Virus record (IMG/VR): IMGVR_UViG_3300036781_000418
Span: 62,001-126,000 of that record
DNA length: 64,000 nucleotides
Strand: one strand, 5' to 3'
Notes under the pieces: generated by a model
What the model saw: only the letters and a program-made list of their open reading frames with translations
What the model was told of the DNA's origin: nothing
Databases searched by the model: none
Shown: positions 46,509 to 56,132 of the stretch, piece by piece
Layout: every line of letters starts with the position of its first letter
Position numbering within the stretch: the stretch's first letter is position 1
Translations under genes and position numbers: made by a program

Positions 46509-48649
46509 CGTGTACCTCCAGTTGGCTTAACGACCTGTGGACCGCTGGCCGTGACGGCGCTGACGCCGAACATGGTGTACGGCTTCAGCTCAAGTTCGTG
46601 GGTAAACTTCGAGCCTGAGATCTTGCTGGTGATGGTGGACAGCCAGTAGTAGTTGTCGAAGAGCAGGCGACGTTGAAAGGCGGCGCCTTGTACCAGGTCG
46701 TTGGAGACGAAGTCGACGTTCGGTCCGAACACATTCACCTTCACGAAGACAGGAGTCGTGACGAACTTCGGGCCGGTGAACTGCACCTTCAGTGCGCTCG
46801 ATCCTGTGCGGACAATGTTGCCGTTGCTGCGACCAATAATGTCCGCCTCAATGGCGGTGCGGTAGGTCGACTTCACACTCGCGTTAGAGGTGGTGCCGCC
46901 GTTCGTACCCGCTTCGGTGGAGGACACATGCGGTTGGATGGTCGTCAACGTCACGAACACGATAAGGTCTGGGTTGCCACGCAGCTCCAGCTTAGCGTCG
47001 TACGGTCCCAAATTGTAGAAGGCGGATAGGTTGCGTAGGTACCGTTGCGACAGCGTCTGTGGCGAATCGTCTGCCTCAGACGGTCCAGTAGCCGAGTTAA
47101 ACGCCGAGTAGTTCGTACGTTCGGCCGCCGTCTTCATCGGCATGATCACTGGGTCCTTGGCGCGCATGTTCGTGATGACGTCGTCCTTCTCCACGCCGTC
47201 ACCGTCCGTCTGCTGGGCTTGGCCACTGTCGGCCGCAACGTACGTGGCCGCCTGTCCAAGCTTAGACTTATCCGCCAGCAGACTGACCATGTTCTCGATC
47301 TTTAGGTCCATGTCCAACACGTCGATGTTTTTGCCCGAGAAGATGTAGTCCAGTTCAATGTAGTTCTTCGGTTCCTTCTTGCCAGTCTCTGGATTGACGG
47401 CGAAGAGCGCTTGGTCGCCAGCGGTCAGCGGCGCCTTGGAGTTCTTGTTAAGGTAGACGTTCGGCACCTCAAACTCAAATACGTCGATGTGCACGACGAT
47501 CGAGTTGTCGTCGCTAGTCATGCTTAGCAGGTTCTTGTAGAACTTCACACTGGAGCCAGCGGCCGTCTTTGAGAAGTTGCCGAGACGCATCACGTCGGCA
47601 GTCTGCTTGAAGATAAAGTCGAGTACCTCGGTGATGGACATGGTCGAGTCCACGGAGACGTAGGAGTCCTGTGGTGTCGGCTGCGAAACTTGCTGGGCGT
47701 TCGTGCTGCTCTTCTGCTTCGAGGCCTTGGCCTTCGCCGTCTTTGAAGCTTGCTCGGCCTTTAGCAGTGCGACGAAGTCAACTTCGGCCGCGCCATGTGA
47801 CGACGGACCGTTGAACTTGAACTTGCGCCAGCTCTCTGGGATGGTGATCATGTACTGTACAGGCCGACCAAACTTTGAGTTAGCCGGCTGGGACTTGTTC
47901 TCGGCTCCAGGTTGCTGGGACTTGACGTTGATCTGGTTGTAGTACGTAAGCGACTCATCGTTGAGTCGCTTCTCGAAGGAGTCGACCACGTCACCCAAGG
48001 TGTTGGTCGAGACGCCTGTGAAGAAGGATGAGGCGTTGCCGATGTGCGTCCACTTTGGATTGAACTTAGAGTTGCTCGGCGTGCCGATCAGCGGGAAGAG
48101 TTCGCACGAGTAGATGCCCTTCGTGTCGGTCAGCTGCACTTGAATCTTGTTCAAGATGGCCGGCACCGTCACGGTCTGAATCGTCTCGGACGTACCGTCC
48201 GCACGGTTGCCGACGAACAGGAGCTTCACCAGCAACGTCAGGCCGTCGAAGTTCACCTGAAGCTCTTGGTCCATCATCCACTGTAGGAAGTTGGCGAACG
48301 AGATGCCAACTGAGTCAAGCACGTCAAAGCTCATGCCCATAGACGTCGAGCTGGGGGTCGTGCTGCCTGGCACGTTGAAGCCGGCGATGTGTGCGTCCAT
48401 GCTGAAGTTGTCGATCGTGAACTGGGAGAACCGACGGGTGTCGATCATCAAGTAGGCGAGGCTTGAGCTTCCAGGCAACTTCAACTGTTCGCCAAGCTTC
48501 TTAGCACCGTCGATGGCGAGCAGGGACTGCTTCATGGACGTTGGATCGGTCGCCGTAAACTTGCGCACCGCTTCCGTAGATCTGGCGGCCAACACGATGT
48601 AGTGGACGGAGTGCGACTGAAACTGATCTAGACTGTTCTGATATTTCAT
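46505..48649 (-). CDS. Probable baseplate hub/tail protein, gp27-like (714 aa)
   Basis: Positioned between gp53-like and gp5-like genes. YIFSGKN.DVLD.D, LELRGNP and Y....I...ISG..FT.EL C-terminal pattern. Confidence 0.6.
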   Translation of the reverse strand: MKYQNSLDQFQSHSVHYIVLAARSTEAVRKFTATDPTSMKQSLLAIDGAKKLGEQLKLPGSSSLAYLMIDTRRFSQFTIDNFSMDAHIAGFNVPGSTTPSSTSMGMSFDVLDSVGISFANFLQWMMDQELQVNFDGLTLLVKLLFVGNRADGTSETIQTVTVPAILNKIQVQLTDTKGIYSCELFPLIGTPSNSKFNPKWTHIGNASSFFTGVSTNTLGDVVDSFEKRLNDESLTYYNQINVKSQQPGAENKSQPANSKFGRPVQYMITIPESWRKFKFNGPSSHGAAEVDFVALLKAEQASKTAKAKASKQKSSTNAQQVSQPTPQDSYVSVDSTMSITEVLDFIFKQTADVMRLGNFSKTAAGSSVKFYKNLLSMTSDDNSIVVHIDVFEFEVPNVYLNKNSKAPLTAGDQALFAVNPETGKKEPKNYIELDYIFSGKNIDVLDMDLKIENMVSLLADKSKLGQAATYVAADSGQAQQTDGDGVEKDDVITNMRAKDPVIMPMKTAAERTNYSAFNSATGPSEADDSPQTLSQRYLRNLSAFYNLGPYDAKLELRGNPDLIVFVTLTTIQPHVSSTEAGTNGGTTSNASVKSTYRTAIEADIIGRSNGNIVRTGSSALKVQFTGPKFVTTPVFVKVNVFGPNVDFVSNDLVQGAAFQRRLLFDNYYWLSTITSKISGSKFTHELELKPYTMFGVSAVTASGPQVVKPTGGTR

Positions 48650-48655
48650 ATGTGG

Positions 48656-49042
48656 TTAAACAACCGGAACGATGAAGTTCGTAGGCACCTCGCGAGTGCT
48701 TGGGTAACCGCCGAGCTGGCCAGTAAGCAGGGTCTTAGCTCGCGAGACGGTTGGAATGTAGAGAACGCGACCAATGGAGGTCTCCGCCCATGGGTCAAGC
48801 AGACCGTTGTACTGAGCGATGAACCACCAAAGTCGCGAGTCACCAAGGTAGGTGTACGCGATGTTGTCGATTCGACCAGCTGTGTGCATGTCCACGACGA
48901 TCGTGTTGTCGGATGGATCGGCTTGAAAGACCGACCGTTCCCACCACTCCAGTCGAACGGTGTTCACCTCAGTTTCGCCGCCAGCCACGTACCGAGAGTT
49001 GGTCACGTTGGTGGAGTTGGTTTCTTCAATGTTGACTGCCAT
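48656..49042 (-). CDS. Baseplate wedge protein, gp53/LysM-like (128 aa)
   Basis: GRIDNIAY.YLGDSRLWW.IAQYN...DP.....G..L.IP motif. Confidence 0.82.
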   Translation of the reverse strand: MAVNIEETNSTNVTNSRYVAGGETEVNTVRLEWWERSVFQADPSDNTIVVDMHTAGRIDNIAYTYLGDSRLWWFIAQYNGLLDPWAETSIGRVLYIPTVSRAKTLLTGQLGGYPSTREVPTNFIVPVV

Positions 49043-49045
49043 GGG

Positions 49046-50566
49046 TTACTTTCCTAGCTTCGCGTTCAACGCGTCAATTTGACCGTTCAGCGTTGTTACC
49101 TGGGCCTGGTGAATGGACAAGTTTTCATCAATGCCAGACAGGTCACGCTTAAGGTCACTCACGGTAAACTGCAGGCTCTGGGCTGTAGCCGTATCTGGCG
49201 GTGTCTGTGCAAGGGCCTCTTGGATGAGCGCCTCTTGGTTGGCGATGTCCGCTAGCTTGTTGGTGCGTGCCTGCGTAATGGAGTTAACGATCGACTGTTC
49301 ACTGTCTCGCGTGCTAGTCTTGCTGCTGATGGAGGCCAACGTTTCCTTGTCGTCGGAGGCTGGGGCGACTGCCGGCTGCGAGGTCTCAGGCGTGTCCGTG
49401 TTCGATGGGGCGGCCGTCGCGGCGTCAGCCGACACCGGTGTAGTAGCCGAGGCGGTGGTCGTGGCGGTAGCCGCACGTTGGGAGTCACCGGTGTCGCTCG
49501 TGCCTGACGGCTGCACGACCCCATTGGTGACCTGCTGCTGGCCACCAGTTGGCTCGCCGCTGCGGGTGGATACGGTGGACGGTGGTGTGGTGTTCCAAGC
49601 GGCCTCAATGAAGCCACGACGGAAGGCGACGAGGTTGAAGCTGTTGAACTGTTCAGCCGACAGGGACTCAACTAGGTCGATGGAGACGCTCAACACCGAC
49701 GGAAATGGTACCTCCTTGTTGGAGGTCTTGTCAAAGATGCCCGTTGGCAGCCAGTCAACGTCGTCCGGCCACGTCCACTGTAGTCGCGTCAACACGACTG
49801 AAATTGGACCTAGCAAGTTGCGCCAACCGAAGAGCTCCAGCACCGGAGGCGGCGCGCCAAGCTTACCCTGAAACTGAATTGCCTGGTTTTCACCGAAGTA
49901 CGGCTTCGTCCAACCACGCAGGGTGTTGAGGTAGATGTAGTTACGACGCGCCTCTTCACGAGTACGACACGTGAACTTCGCGTTCGAGATGTTGTACTGG
50001 CCTGAAGACGAGCCCTTGTACTTTTGAAACTCACCTGGCATCTGCGACGGTGACAGCGCCTCGTAGTTGGCCGTGTAGGACTCACTGACCTGCGGCATGA
50101 TCTCGAACAGCACCTCGTCTTCACTGAGCGGTTCAATCGCCAGCAGTGGACCGAGGTCGGTGATCGAACTTGACGCACCGTCGGCAACCTTCGCCCGCAG
50201 CTTGACGATATGGCTGTTGTCGTCCGTCTGTTCTGGACCGATGGCCTCACGCACCTGCGTGGCCGTAAACGAGCTTGGTGTGGCCGCTAGCTTTGCGCCT
50301 TCAGATGAGGCCATCGAGCTGTATGGGTTGTCGGGCAACGTCAGACCAGAGGAACCAACGGCCCCCAACGATGAGAAGGTCGGTGCATCGCTCGTCATCT
50401 TGCTGAACGACGTCGAGGCCGCGCTACCAAACGTGCTGTTCATGCTCGTGTACGACTCGTTGATGACCTTCGTCGAGTCAGCCACCGAGTAGTTCAACAC
50501 CGAGTCGGACGTTGAACCGACACCAAGGGTTGGTAGGGTTGGAAATAGAGATGATAGTGCGGCCAT
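49046..50566 (-). CDS. Tail tube cap/initiator-like protein with Thr/Ala-rich linker and coiled coil (506 aa)
   Basis: F..MPQVSESY.ANY, Y.GS.S..YNI..AKF, GAPPPVL.L.GW...GP.SVVLT...W.WPDDVDW. Located in the baseplate operon. Confidence 0.65.
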   Translation of the reverse strand: MAALSSLFPTLPTLGVGSTSDSVLNYSVADSTKVINESYTSMNSTFGSAASTSFSKMTSDAPTFSSLGAVGSSGLTLPDNPYSSMASSEGAKLAATPSSFTATQVREAIGPEQTDDNSHIVKLRAKVADGASSSITDLGPLLAIEPLSEDEVLFEIMPQVSESYTANYEALSPSQMPGEFQKYKGSSSGQYNISNAKFTCRTREEARRNYIYLNTLRGWTKPYFGENQAIQFQGKLGAPPPVLELFGWRNLLGPISVVLTRLQWTWPDDVDWLPTGIFDKTSNKEVPFPSVLSVSIDLVESLSAEQFNSFNLVAFRRGFIEAAWNTTPPSTVSTRSGEPTGGQQQVTNGVVQPSGTSDTGDSQRAATATTTASATTPVSADAATAAPSNTDTPETSQPAVAPASDDKETLASISSKTSTRDSEQSIVNSITQARTNKLADIANQEALIQEALAQTPPDTATAQSLQFTVSDLKRDLSGIDENLSIHQAQVTTLNGQIDALNAKLGK

Positions 50567-51201
50567 TACTTAGCGTCCTTGATCTTCTTAGCCATGATCT
50601 TAGCCACGTTGTCGGGCAAGCCAGTAATCACCTTGAACTTGTCGTGCATGTCCTTCCGAGCGGCGGTGCGTGCCAACGTGCCGGAGACCAGCTCCAGTGG
50701 AATTTCGTCGGTCATGTTGTTCAAGATTTCGTCGGAGCCACCACTGTCGTCAGAATCTTCATCACGGCCGACGTTGATCATGTAGTGCTTGATTGGCTGC
50801 TCGTCGTCCGTCTTCAGGTACTTGTTCATCAGGTCCACGTACGTGCGCCCACGGTCCGAGCCGGTCATGACGACCAACGGCTCCTTGCCCTGCTCACGTA
50901 GCTTGTTCAGGGCCGCCATGACGTCGTTGGCGTGTACGAAGTTGATGCCGTCCGCCTTACCGGACGCCTGCATAAACTTGATGCGGTCCTCAGGCGAGAG
51001 TGGGTTACGGTTCTTATCCTGTCCAGACTTCTCACCATGGATCACCGCAACGACCGGGGTCACGTCGAGGTTGAGCTCCTTGCCCTTCGGTCCACGCGTC
51101 GCCTTCTTGGCCCGTTCAAAGAGGGCGTAGTGGGCGATGGTCGGCGGTTGAAACCGCCCAAACATGACCAGCACCGGTGTACGAGATGTGGGATTTGCCA
51201 T
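50566..51201 (-). CDS. Cytidylyltransferase-like (HIGH-superfamily) nucleotidyltransferase (211 aa)
   Basis: FGRFQPPTIAH, NPLS..DR..FM, V.TGSDR and SGT.AR motifs. Start MANPTSR at 51201, after TAAATA at 51230-51235. Confidence 0.85.
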   Translation of the reverse strand: MANPTSRTPVLVMFGRFQPPTIAHYALFERAKKATRGPKGKELNLDVTPVVAVIHGEKSGQDKNRNPLSPEDRIKFMQASGKADGINFVHANDVMAALNKLREQGKEPLVVMTGSDRGRTYVDLMNKYLKTDDEQPIKHYMINVGRDEDSDDSGGSDEILNNMTDEIPLELVSGTLARTAARKDMHDKFKVITGLPDNVAKIMAKKIKDAK

Positions 51202-51343
51202 TGATCGTGCAGCGTAAGTGGGTATGTCATATTTAGATCGAGAGTAGGTCCTTGATCCTGACACCAATGGACCGTGTTCAGGTCGTTAAATAGAATCCAC
51301 CTTATGCTGTTCTACACTATCGCCGTGCCCTCGGCTTTGCCTC

Positions 51344-51826
51344 ATGACAGCAGTTGTTCCTAAGAAAACCGTCAAACCCGCCAAACGAGAAAAGTCCACG
51401 TCGACTAAAGGTCACTACGTCAAGAACGCCGACCTGCTGCCTGCCTTCCATGAGGCCAAGGCGCTGAACAAGCTGACGCCGAAGCTAGCTGAGATGCTCA
51501 TGAAGATCGCGGAGCGCTACTCGTACCATCCATGGTTTGTTGGCTTCTCCTACCGCGAGGACATGGTCGCGTTCGCCATCGTCAACCTCTGCGCTAACTG
51601 GCATAAGTTCAACCCTGAGAAGTCAAGCAACCCCTTCTCCTACTACACGACGGCCTGCTACCGCAGCTTCCAGGCCTACCTTGGTGACGAGCGCAAGGAG
51701 CGCGACGGCCGTGACAAGCTGCTGATTGAAGCCGGGGCCAACCCATCGTTTAACTACCAGATGCGCGGTGGCAAAAGCTCGGACGACCATGCCTTTTCAG
51801 GCGGAGGAGGTGGAGACCATGAGTAA
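51344..51826 (+). CDS. gp55: Late-transcription sigma factor (160 aa)
   Basis: HYVKNADL, IAE.YS..P.F..FSYREDMV..A..N......FNPEKS.NPFSYYT.ACY..F.....ERK signature. Upstream of gp47/gp46 as in T4. Confidence 0.93.
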   Translation: MTAVVPKKTVKPAKREKSTSTKGHYVKNADLLPAFHEAKALNKLTPKLAEMLMKIAERYSYHPWFVGFSYREDMVAFAIVNLCANWHKFNPEKSSNPFSYYTTACYRSFQAYLGDERKERDGRDKLLIEAGANPSFNYQMRGGKSSDDHAFSGGGGGDHE

Positions 51827-52121
51827 CTATCCATTGCACGTTGAGTTCATGCCCAACGACCTACTGTTGTCTACCGAGGATGAAGTGCTGCAGCACTTCG
51901 TAGACGAGTTCCAGAAGCAAGATCCAAGTTTATCGCCAGCCCACATTCGTGGTTCAATGGTTGAGCAGCTTCGGTCAATCTTAGCTAACGGCAAGTACCA
52001 TCGTCAAGAACGTGTATTCATTACATGCTCTACAGCCCAGCTCCTACAAGACTGGAAGGACGTACCGTATGAATTTATCCTAGCCGCCTTCGAGCACTTG
52101 AAGTTTAAGCACAATGATTGA
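51819..52121 (+). CDS. Hypothetical protein (100 aa)
   Basis: Start MSNYPL at 51819 after a GGAG RBS, overlapping the gp55 end. Confidence 0.6.
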   Translation: MSNYPLHVEFMPNDLLLSTEDEVLQHFVDEFQKQDPSLSPAHIRGSMVEQLRSILANGKYHRQERVFITCSTAQLLQDWKDVPYEFILAAFEHLKFKHND

Positions 52122-52338
52122 ACTATCAACTCACGACATGCCTGAACGCTCGGACATGGCTGGCTGCTTCAGCAACTTGACACAGTCCAAAAAGGACCTG
52201 CTGAAGTCGGTGACCGCCAACTGGCACTACCGAGACGGCGTCTTACACGAAGACGGTTCCATGGGCACCGTAAAGATCAGTCACCTTCAGCTCCTTGACA
52301 CCTTAGCCTGGGTGCTGCTGAACGCCAAGCAGGGCTGA
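52114..52338 (+). CDS. Hypothetical protein (74 aa)
   Basis: Coupled to the upstream ORF on the operon strand. Confidence 0.55.
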   Translation: MIELSTHDMPERSDMAGCFSNLTQSKKDLLKSVTANWHYRDGVLHEDGSMGTVKISHLQLLDTLAWVLLNAKQG

Positions 52339-52412
52339 TCACGATACCAAGGTTCGTTGGCCGACCGCTTGCTTACAATGCAAGCATACCATCCGTAGCT
52401 GTCCTCAGTCTC

Positions 52413-53489
52413 ATGATGGTATCCAAATTTAACGACTTTGCCAACGCCCGAGTTCTCATGTTCACCGACATTCACGTCGGTGCTCGTGGCAACTCGGAGC
52501 AGCACCTCAATGACTGCATCCAGTACATCGAGTGGTTCATCGAGCTGGCCAAGCGCGAGCGTGCCACCCACATCGCCTTCCTCGGCGACTACTTCGAAAA
52601 CCGCAGCTCGATCAACGTCCAGTCCCTGAACGTTGGCACGCAGATCATGCGTCGCCTAAACTCGCTCGGCATCCCAATCATCTTCATGGTTGGAAACCAC
52701 GATCTGTACCACCGCAACACGCGTAAGGTCTTTTCAACGGACTCCTACAAGGACCTTGAGAACGTGCTGGTTGTCTCCGAACCGATGGAGCTGACGAAGG
52801 ACGTGTTAGTCGCCCCGTACCTCTTCAAGCAAGAGTACCTCGACATGGCCGACCAGATCAACTCCCACAAGTACGTCTTCGGTCACTTTGAGTTTCGTGG
52901 GTTCGTGGTGACCGGTGACACCAAGGTCCTCGAGCACGGCCCCGATGCAAGCGCCTTCACCGGTCCGAAGTTCATCTTCTCGGGCCACTTCCATAAGCGA
53001 CAGGTGGCCGGTAACGTCATCTACATCGGCAACACGTTCCCCACGAACTTTGGCGACGCTTGGGACACTGAACGCGGTGCTTCTCTGCTCGACATGTCAT
53101 CCGACGACGTCCTGTTCTTCGACTACCCCGACGCCCCACTGTTCTACAAACTTCGCATGACCGAGCTGTTGGCTAACCAGTCGCTCTCCTTCAAGGAGGG
53201 CGGTCGAGTTCGGTGTACCTTGGACCTTGATGTTGGCTACACTGACGTGCAGACGATCCGCGAGGAGATGATTGAGGCCTACAAGCTCCGTGAATTCCTC
53301 ATTGAAGAGGACTTCATCTCCAAGAAGGAGCTGATCGCCGAGGGCCTCGACGTTGACTCACTCGCCGTCGACCTATCCATGCTGCACAATACGATCGGCA
53401 CCCTGATCCGTGAAGGCGTGCAGCAGTCCCCAACGATCGACCCTGACCTGTTGATCAGCATCTTCGACGAACTTAAACTGGAAAAGTAA
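52413..53489 (+). CDS. gp47: Recombination nuclease subunit, Mre11/SbcD-like (358 aa)
   Basis: FTDIHVG, FLGDYFENR, VGNHD, FGHFE and FSGHFHK metallophosphoesterase motifs. Confidence 0.93.
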   Translation: MMVSKFNDFANARVLMFTDIHVGARGNSEQHLNDCIQYIEWFIELAKRERATHIAFLGDYFENRSSINVQSLNVGTQIMRRLNSLGIPIIFMVGNHDLYHRNTRKVFSTDSYKDLENVLVVSEPMELTKDVLVAPYLFKQEYLDMADQINSHKYVFGHFEFRGFVVTGDTKVLEHGPDASAFTGPKFIFSGHFHKRQVAGNVIYIGNTFPTNFGDAWDTERGASLLDMSSDDVLFFDYPDAPLFYKLRMTELLANQSLSFKEGGRVRCTLDLDVGYTDVQTIREEMIEAYKLREFLIEEDFISKKELIAEGLDVDSLAVDLSMLHNTIGTLIREGVQQSPTIDPDLLISIFDELKLEK

Positions 53490-53490
53490 C

Positions 53491-53808
53491 ATGGCCTTTT
53501 GGAAAACTGCCCCCGTCTCGGAAGAGCCTGAAATTACCCTGTACGACTGGAAGGTCTTCGAGCTTAACGACGGCTCGCGTCACTTCGTCGGCACCAACGG
53601 CGCGCGCGGCTCCGGCCGAGTCAGTTCGTCGATCCAAACATTTGACCCAACCACGATGAGTGGCGTGACGCGCTCTGGGCGCGTCTACAAGCTGGTTGGT
53701 GAAAGTGGGGATTCAATTAACGGTCTCTACACCTGGACAGGTTGGTGCCATGTTAACCGTGTCGATGACTGCATCGACGTATCAAACTTTATCGGAGAAA
53801 CTAAATGA
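53491..53808 (+). CDS. Hypothetical protein (105 aa)
   Basis: RHFVG....GRVSS.I..FD.....GVTRSGRVY.L.G pattern. Coupled within the operon. Confidence 0.7.
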   Translation: MAFWKTAPVSEEPEITLYDWKVFELNDGSRHFVGTNGARGSGRVSSSIQTFDPTTMSGVTRSGRVYKLVGESGDSINGLYTWTGWCHVNRVDDCIDVSNFIGETK

Positions 53809-54347
53809 CCTGTATCGTCGGACTTGAATACCACGGCAAGGTGCACATTGGTGGAGATCTACAAGGCACTGGCTGGAACAACAAGATCAAGCACGACCAG
53901 CCTAAGGTGTTCGTACGCAACGGCATCGCCTTCGGCTACACGACCTCCTACCGGTTCGGTCAGCTGCTTGAACATGTCCTGCCCGATCCAATCGTGCCGG
54001 CTAATCCAGATGAAATCTACCCATGGTTGATCAAGGTTCTGGTGCCGAGCATCAAGGACACGCTGAAGGACGCTGGCTATGAAGGTGGTGGCAACTGCCT
54101 AATCGGTGTAAAGAGCACCTTGTGGGAGCTGCAGAACGACTACTCAATCCTTCGTTCCGTGAACGGTTACGCGTCGGTTGGTTCTGGATATGAGTACGCC
54201 AACGGCGCGATGTACGCCATGTTGACCAAGCTGAAAGGACAGGCGTTGACGGACGAAGGCGCTCAAGACCTCGTTGAGCTGGCCATCGAGGCGGCCGGCA
54301 CGTTCTCACCGTCGGTGGGTGTTGACTCCGTGATCGTGACGGTGTGA
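53805..54347 (+). CDS. HslV/proteasome-beta-like Ntn hydrolase (180 aa)
   Basis: MTCIVG start (N-terminal Thr), GGD, K, FG..., ASVGSG..YA.GAM..., A.EAA..F...VG: Ntn-fold pattern. Confidence 0.78.
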   Translation: MTCIVGLEYHGKVHIGGDLQGTGWNNKIKHDQPKVFVRNGIAFGYTTSYRFGQLLEHVLPDPIVPANPDEIYPWLIKVLVPSIKDTLKDAGYEGGGNCLIGVKSTLWELQNDYSILRSVNGYASVGSGYEYANGAMYAMLTKLKGQALTDEGAQDLVELAIEAAGTFSPSVGVDSVIVTV

Positions 54348-56101
54348 TGACGACGAACCTTATTGGACTTAACACCATGAGGTTCCTGGAGCTTACCCTC
54401 CAGAACTTCATGAGCTTCGGTAACCGTCGTACGGTGTTTGACCTGTCAACTCCTGGAACCTACCTGATCAAGGGTGAGAACAAGGACGTGGGTGGCTCCA
54501 ACGGTTCAGGCAAGACGTCGGTGATCAACGGCATCTGCTACGCCCTGTTCAACCAACCATTTGACGACATCACGCTGAACCGCCTGATCAACACGACGAA
54601 CGCCTCGAAGAACACGTTGATGGAGGTCTCGCTGTCCTTCACCAAGGGCGTGGATGAGTACCTCATCACACGTACACGTGGCGCCGAGTTTATCACGACC
54701 ATCTTGAAGAACGGCGTTGACGTCACCCCTGGTAAGGGCGTCACGGAGTGTGACGCGTTGATCTCTGAGATCGTGGGTATGACACATGAGCTGTTCACCC
54801 GCACCGTCGTCTTCTCGGGCAACAACCAGGCTTTCCTCTCACTGCCAATTTCCCAACAGCGCTCGATCATTGAGGAGCTCTTCAACATCAAGATGCTCTC
54901 GGACCTGGCCATGAAGCTGCGTCCGCTGATCAAACAAACTGAGACCGACATCTCCGTTCAGCAGGCCGTCGTTCAACAGCAGCAGGTCGCCGTCGACCTG
55001 CACCGTAAACACCTCGTTGACGCGGCCACGCGGGTCAAGCGCTGGGACATGGACCGCAACTTGAGCATGTCCACGATCGAGAAGACGCTGGCCTCCCTTG
55101 AGGGCGTGGACTTTGAGTTTGAACGTGTGCTGCATGATGAAGTTAAGAACTACACGCAGAACCGAGTCCACGTTCAACAACAGGTCAACGACGCCACCCG
55201 CATCAAGCGCGAGCTGACGAAGAAGGTCGAGAATCTGTTGGGTGAAGAGCGTCACCTGCTCGACGCCAAGTGCCCGTACTGCAAGCAGAAGTACCACGAC
55301 ACGTCCGCGAAGCTGGCCGAGATCAACGCTGAGCTGGACAAGCTGAACGACTCATTGGTGACCGTCGAGGACATGGAGCTTCGGGCAACCGAGGACTTGA
55401 AGAAGGTCGACGAGCTGTTGGCCGACCGCCGCAGTCGCATCAAGCACCCCGACTTCGACAAGCTGCTCAAGGCCAAGTCCGACGCGGCCCTACTGCAGGA
55501 GAAGCTGGATGACCTGAAGATCCAGACCAACCCACACCACGAGGCCTTCGATAAGCTAAACAGTGAAGGCGAGCCGATCATCGAAACGTCCAAGGTCGAC
55601 GTGTTGAAGAAGCGGCTGGAACATCAGCAGCTCCTACTTAAGCTGCTCGTCAACAAGGACTCGTTCGTCCGTCATCGAATCTTGAACAAGTCGCTGCCGA
55701 TTCTCAATGAACGGATGAACTACTACACCAAGCTGTTGGGTCTCCCACACGCCGTAAAGTTCCAGGCTGACATGTCCTGCACGGTGACTGAGTTCGGGCG
55801 TGAGCTTGACTTTGGTAACCTGTCGACCGGAGAGAAGAAGCGGGTGAACACGGCCATGAACTTCGCGTTCTCCGAGGTCCGGGCCCTGCTCCATGCCCGA
55901 GTCAACCTCATGCTGATCGACGAGATCGACGGTGGACTTGATCCTGAAGGGCTGGAGGCGGTCGTCAAGCAGGTGAAGTTGAAGTCTAGGGCCGATCACA
56001 TGACGATCTTCATGATCTCCCACCACCCATTGATCGACGGTCGACTAGATCGAACGATTTTGATCCGTAAGGAGCAGGGGTTCTCCTCGTTGGTAGAGTG
56101 A
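54344..56101 (+). CDS. gp46: Recombination ATPase, Rad50/SbcC-like (585 aa)
   Basis: NFMSFGN, Walker A GGSNGSGKT, coiled coil with a CPYC zinc hook, signature LSTGEKKR and Walker B LIDEIDGGLD. Confidence 0.95.
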   Translation: MMTTNLIGLNTMRFLELTLQNFMSFGNRRTVFDLSTPGTYLIKGENKDVGGSNGSGKTSVINGICYALFNQPFDDITLNRLINTTNASKNTLMEVSLSFTKGVDEYLITRTRGAEFITTILKNGVDVTPGKGVTECDALISEIVGMTHELFTRTVVFSGNNQAFLSLPISQQRSIIEELFNIKMLSDLAMKLRPLIKQTETDISVQQAVVQQQQVAVDLHRKHLVDAATRVKRWDMDRNLSMSTIEKTLASLEGVDFEFERVLHDEVKNYTQNRVHVQQQVNDATRIKRELTKKVENLLGEERHLLDAKCPYCKQKYHDTSAKLAEINAELDKLNDSLVTVEDMELRATEDLKKVDELLADRRSRIKHPDFDKLLKAKSDAALLQEKLDDLKIQTNPHHEAFDKLNSEGEPIIETSKVDVLKKRLEHQQLLLKLLVNKDSFVRHRILNKSLPILNERMNYYTKLLGLPHAVKFQADMSCTVTEFGRELDFGNLSTGEKKRVNTAMNFAFSEVRALLHARVNLMLIDEIDGGLDPEGLEAVVKQVKLKSRADHMTIFMISHHPLIDGRLDRTILIRKEQGFSSLVE

Positions 56102-56128
56102 TAAATAGGGGAGCAATGCTCCCCTATT
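56102..56128 (+). promoter_or_regulatory. Late promoter TAAATA overlapping an 11-bp hairpin
   Basis: TAAATA 56102-56107. Stem AATAGGGGAGC/GCTCCCCTATT, ATG at 56133. Confidence 0.68.
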
Positions 56129-56132
56129 CCAC

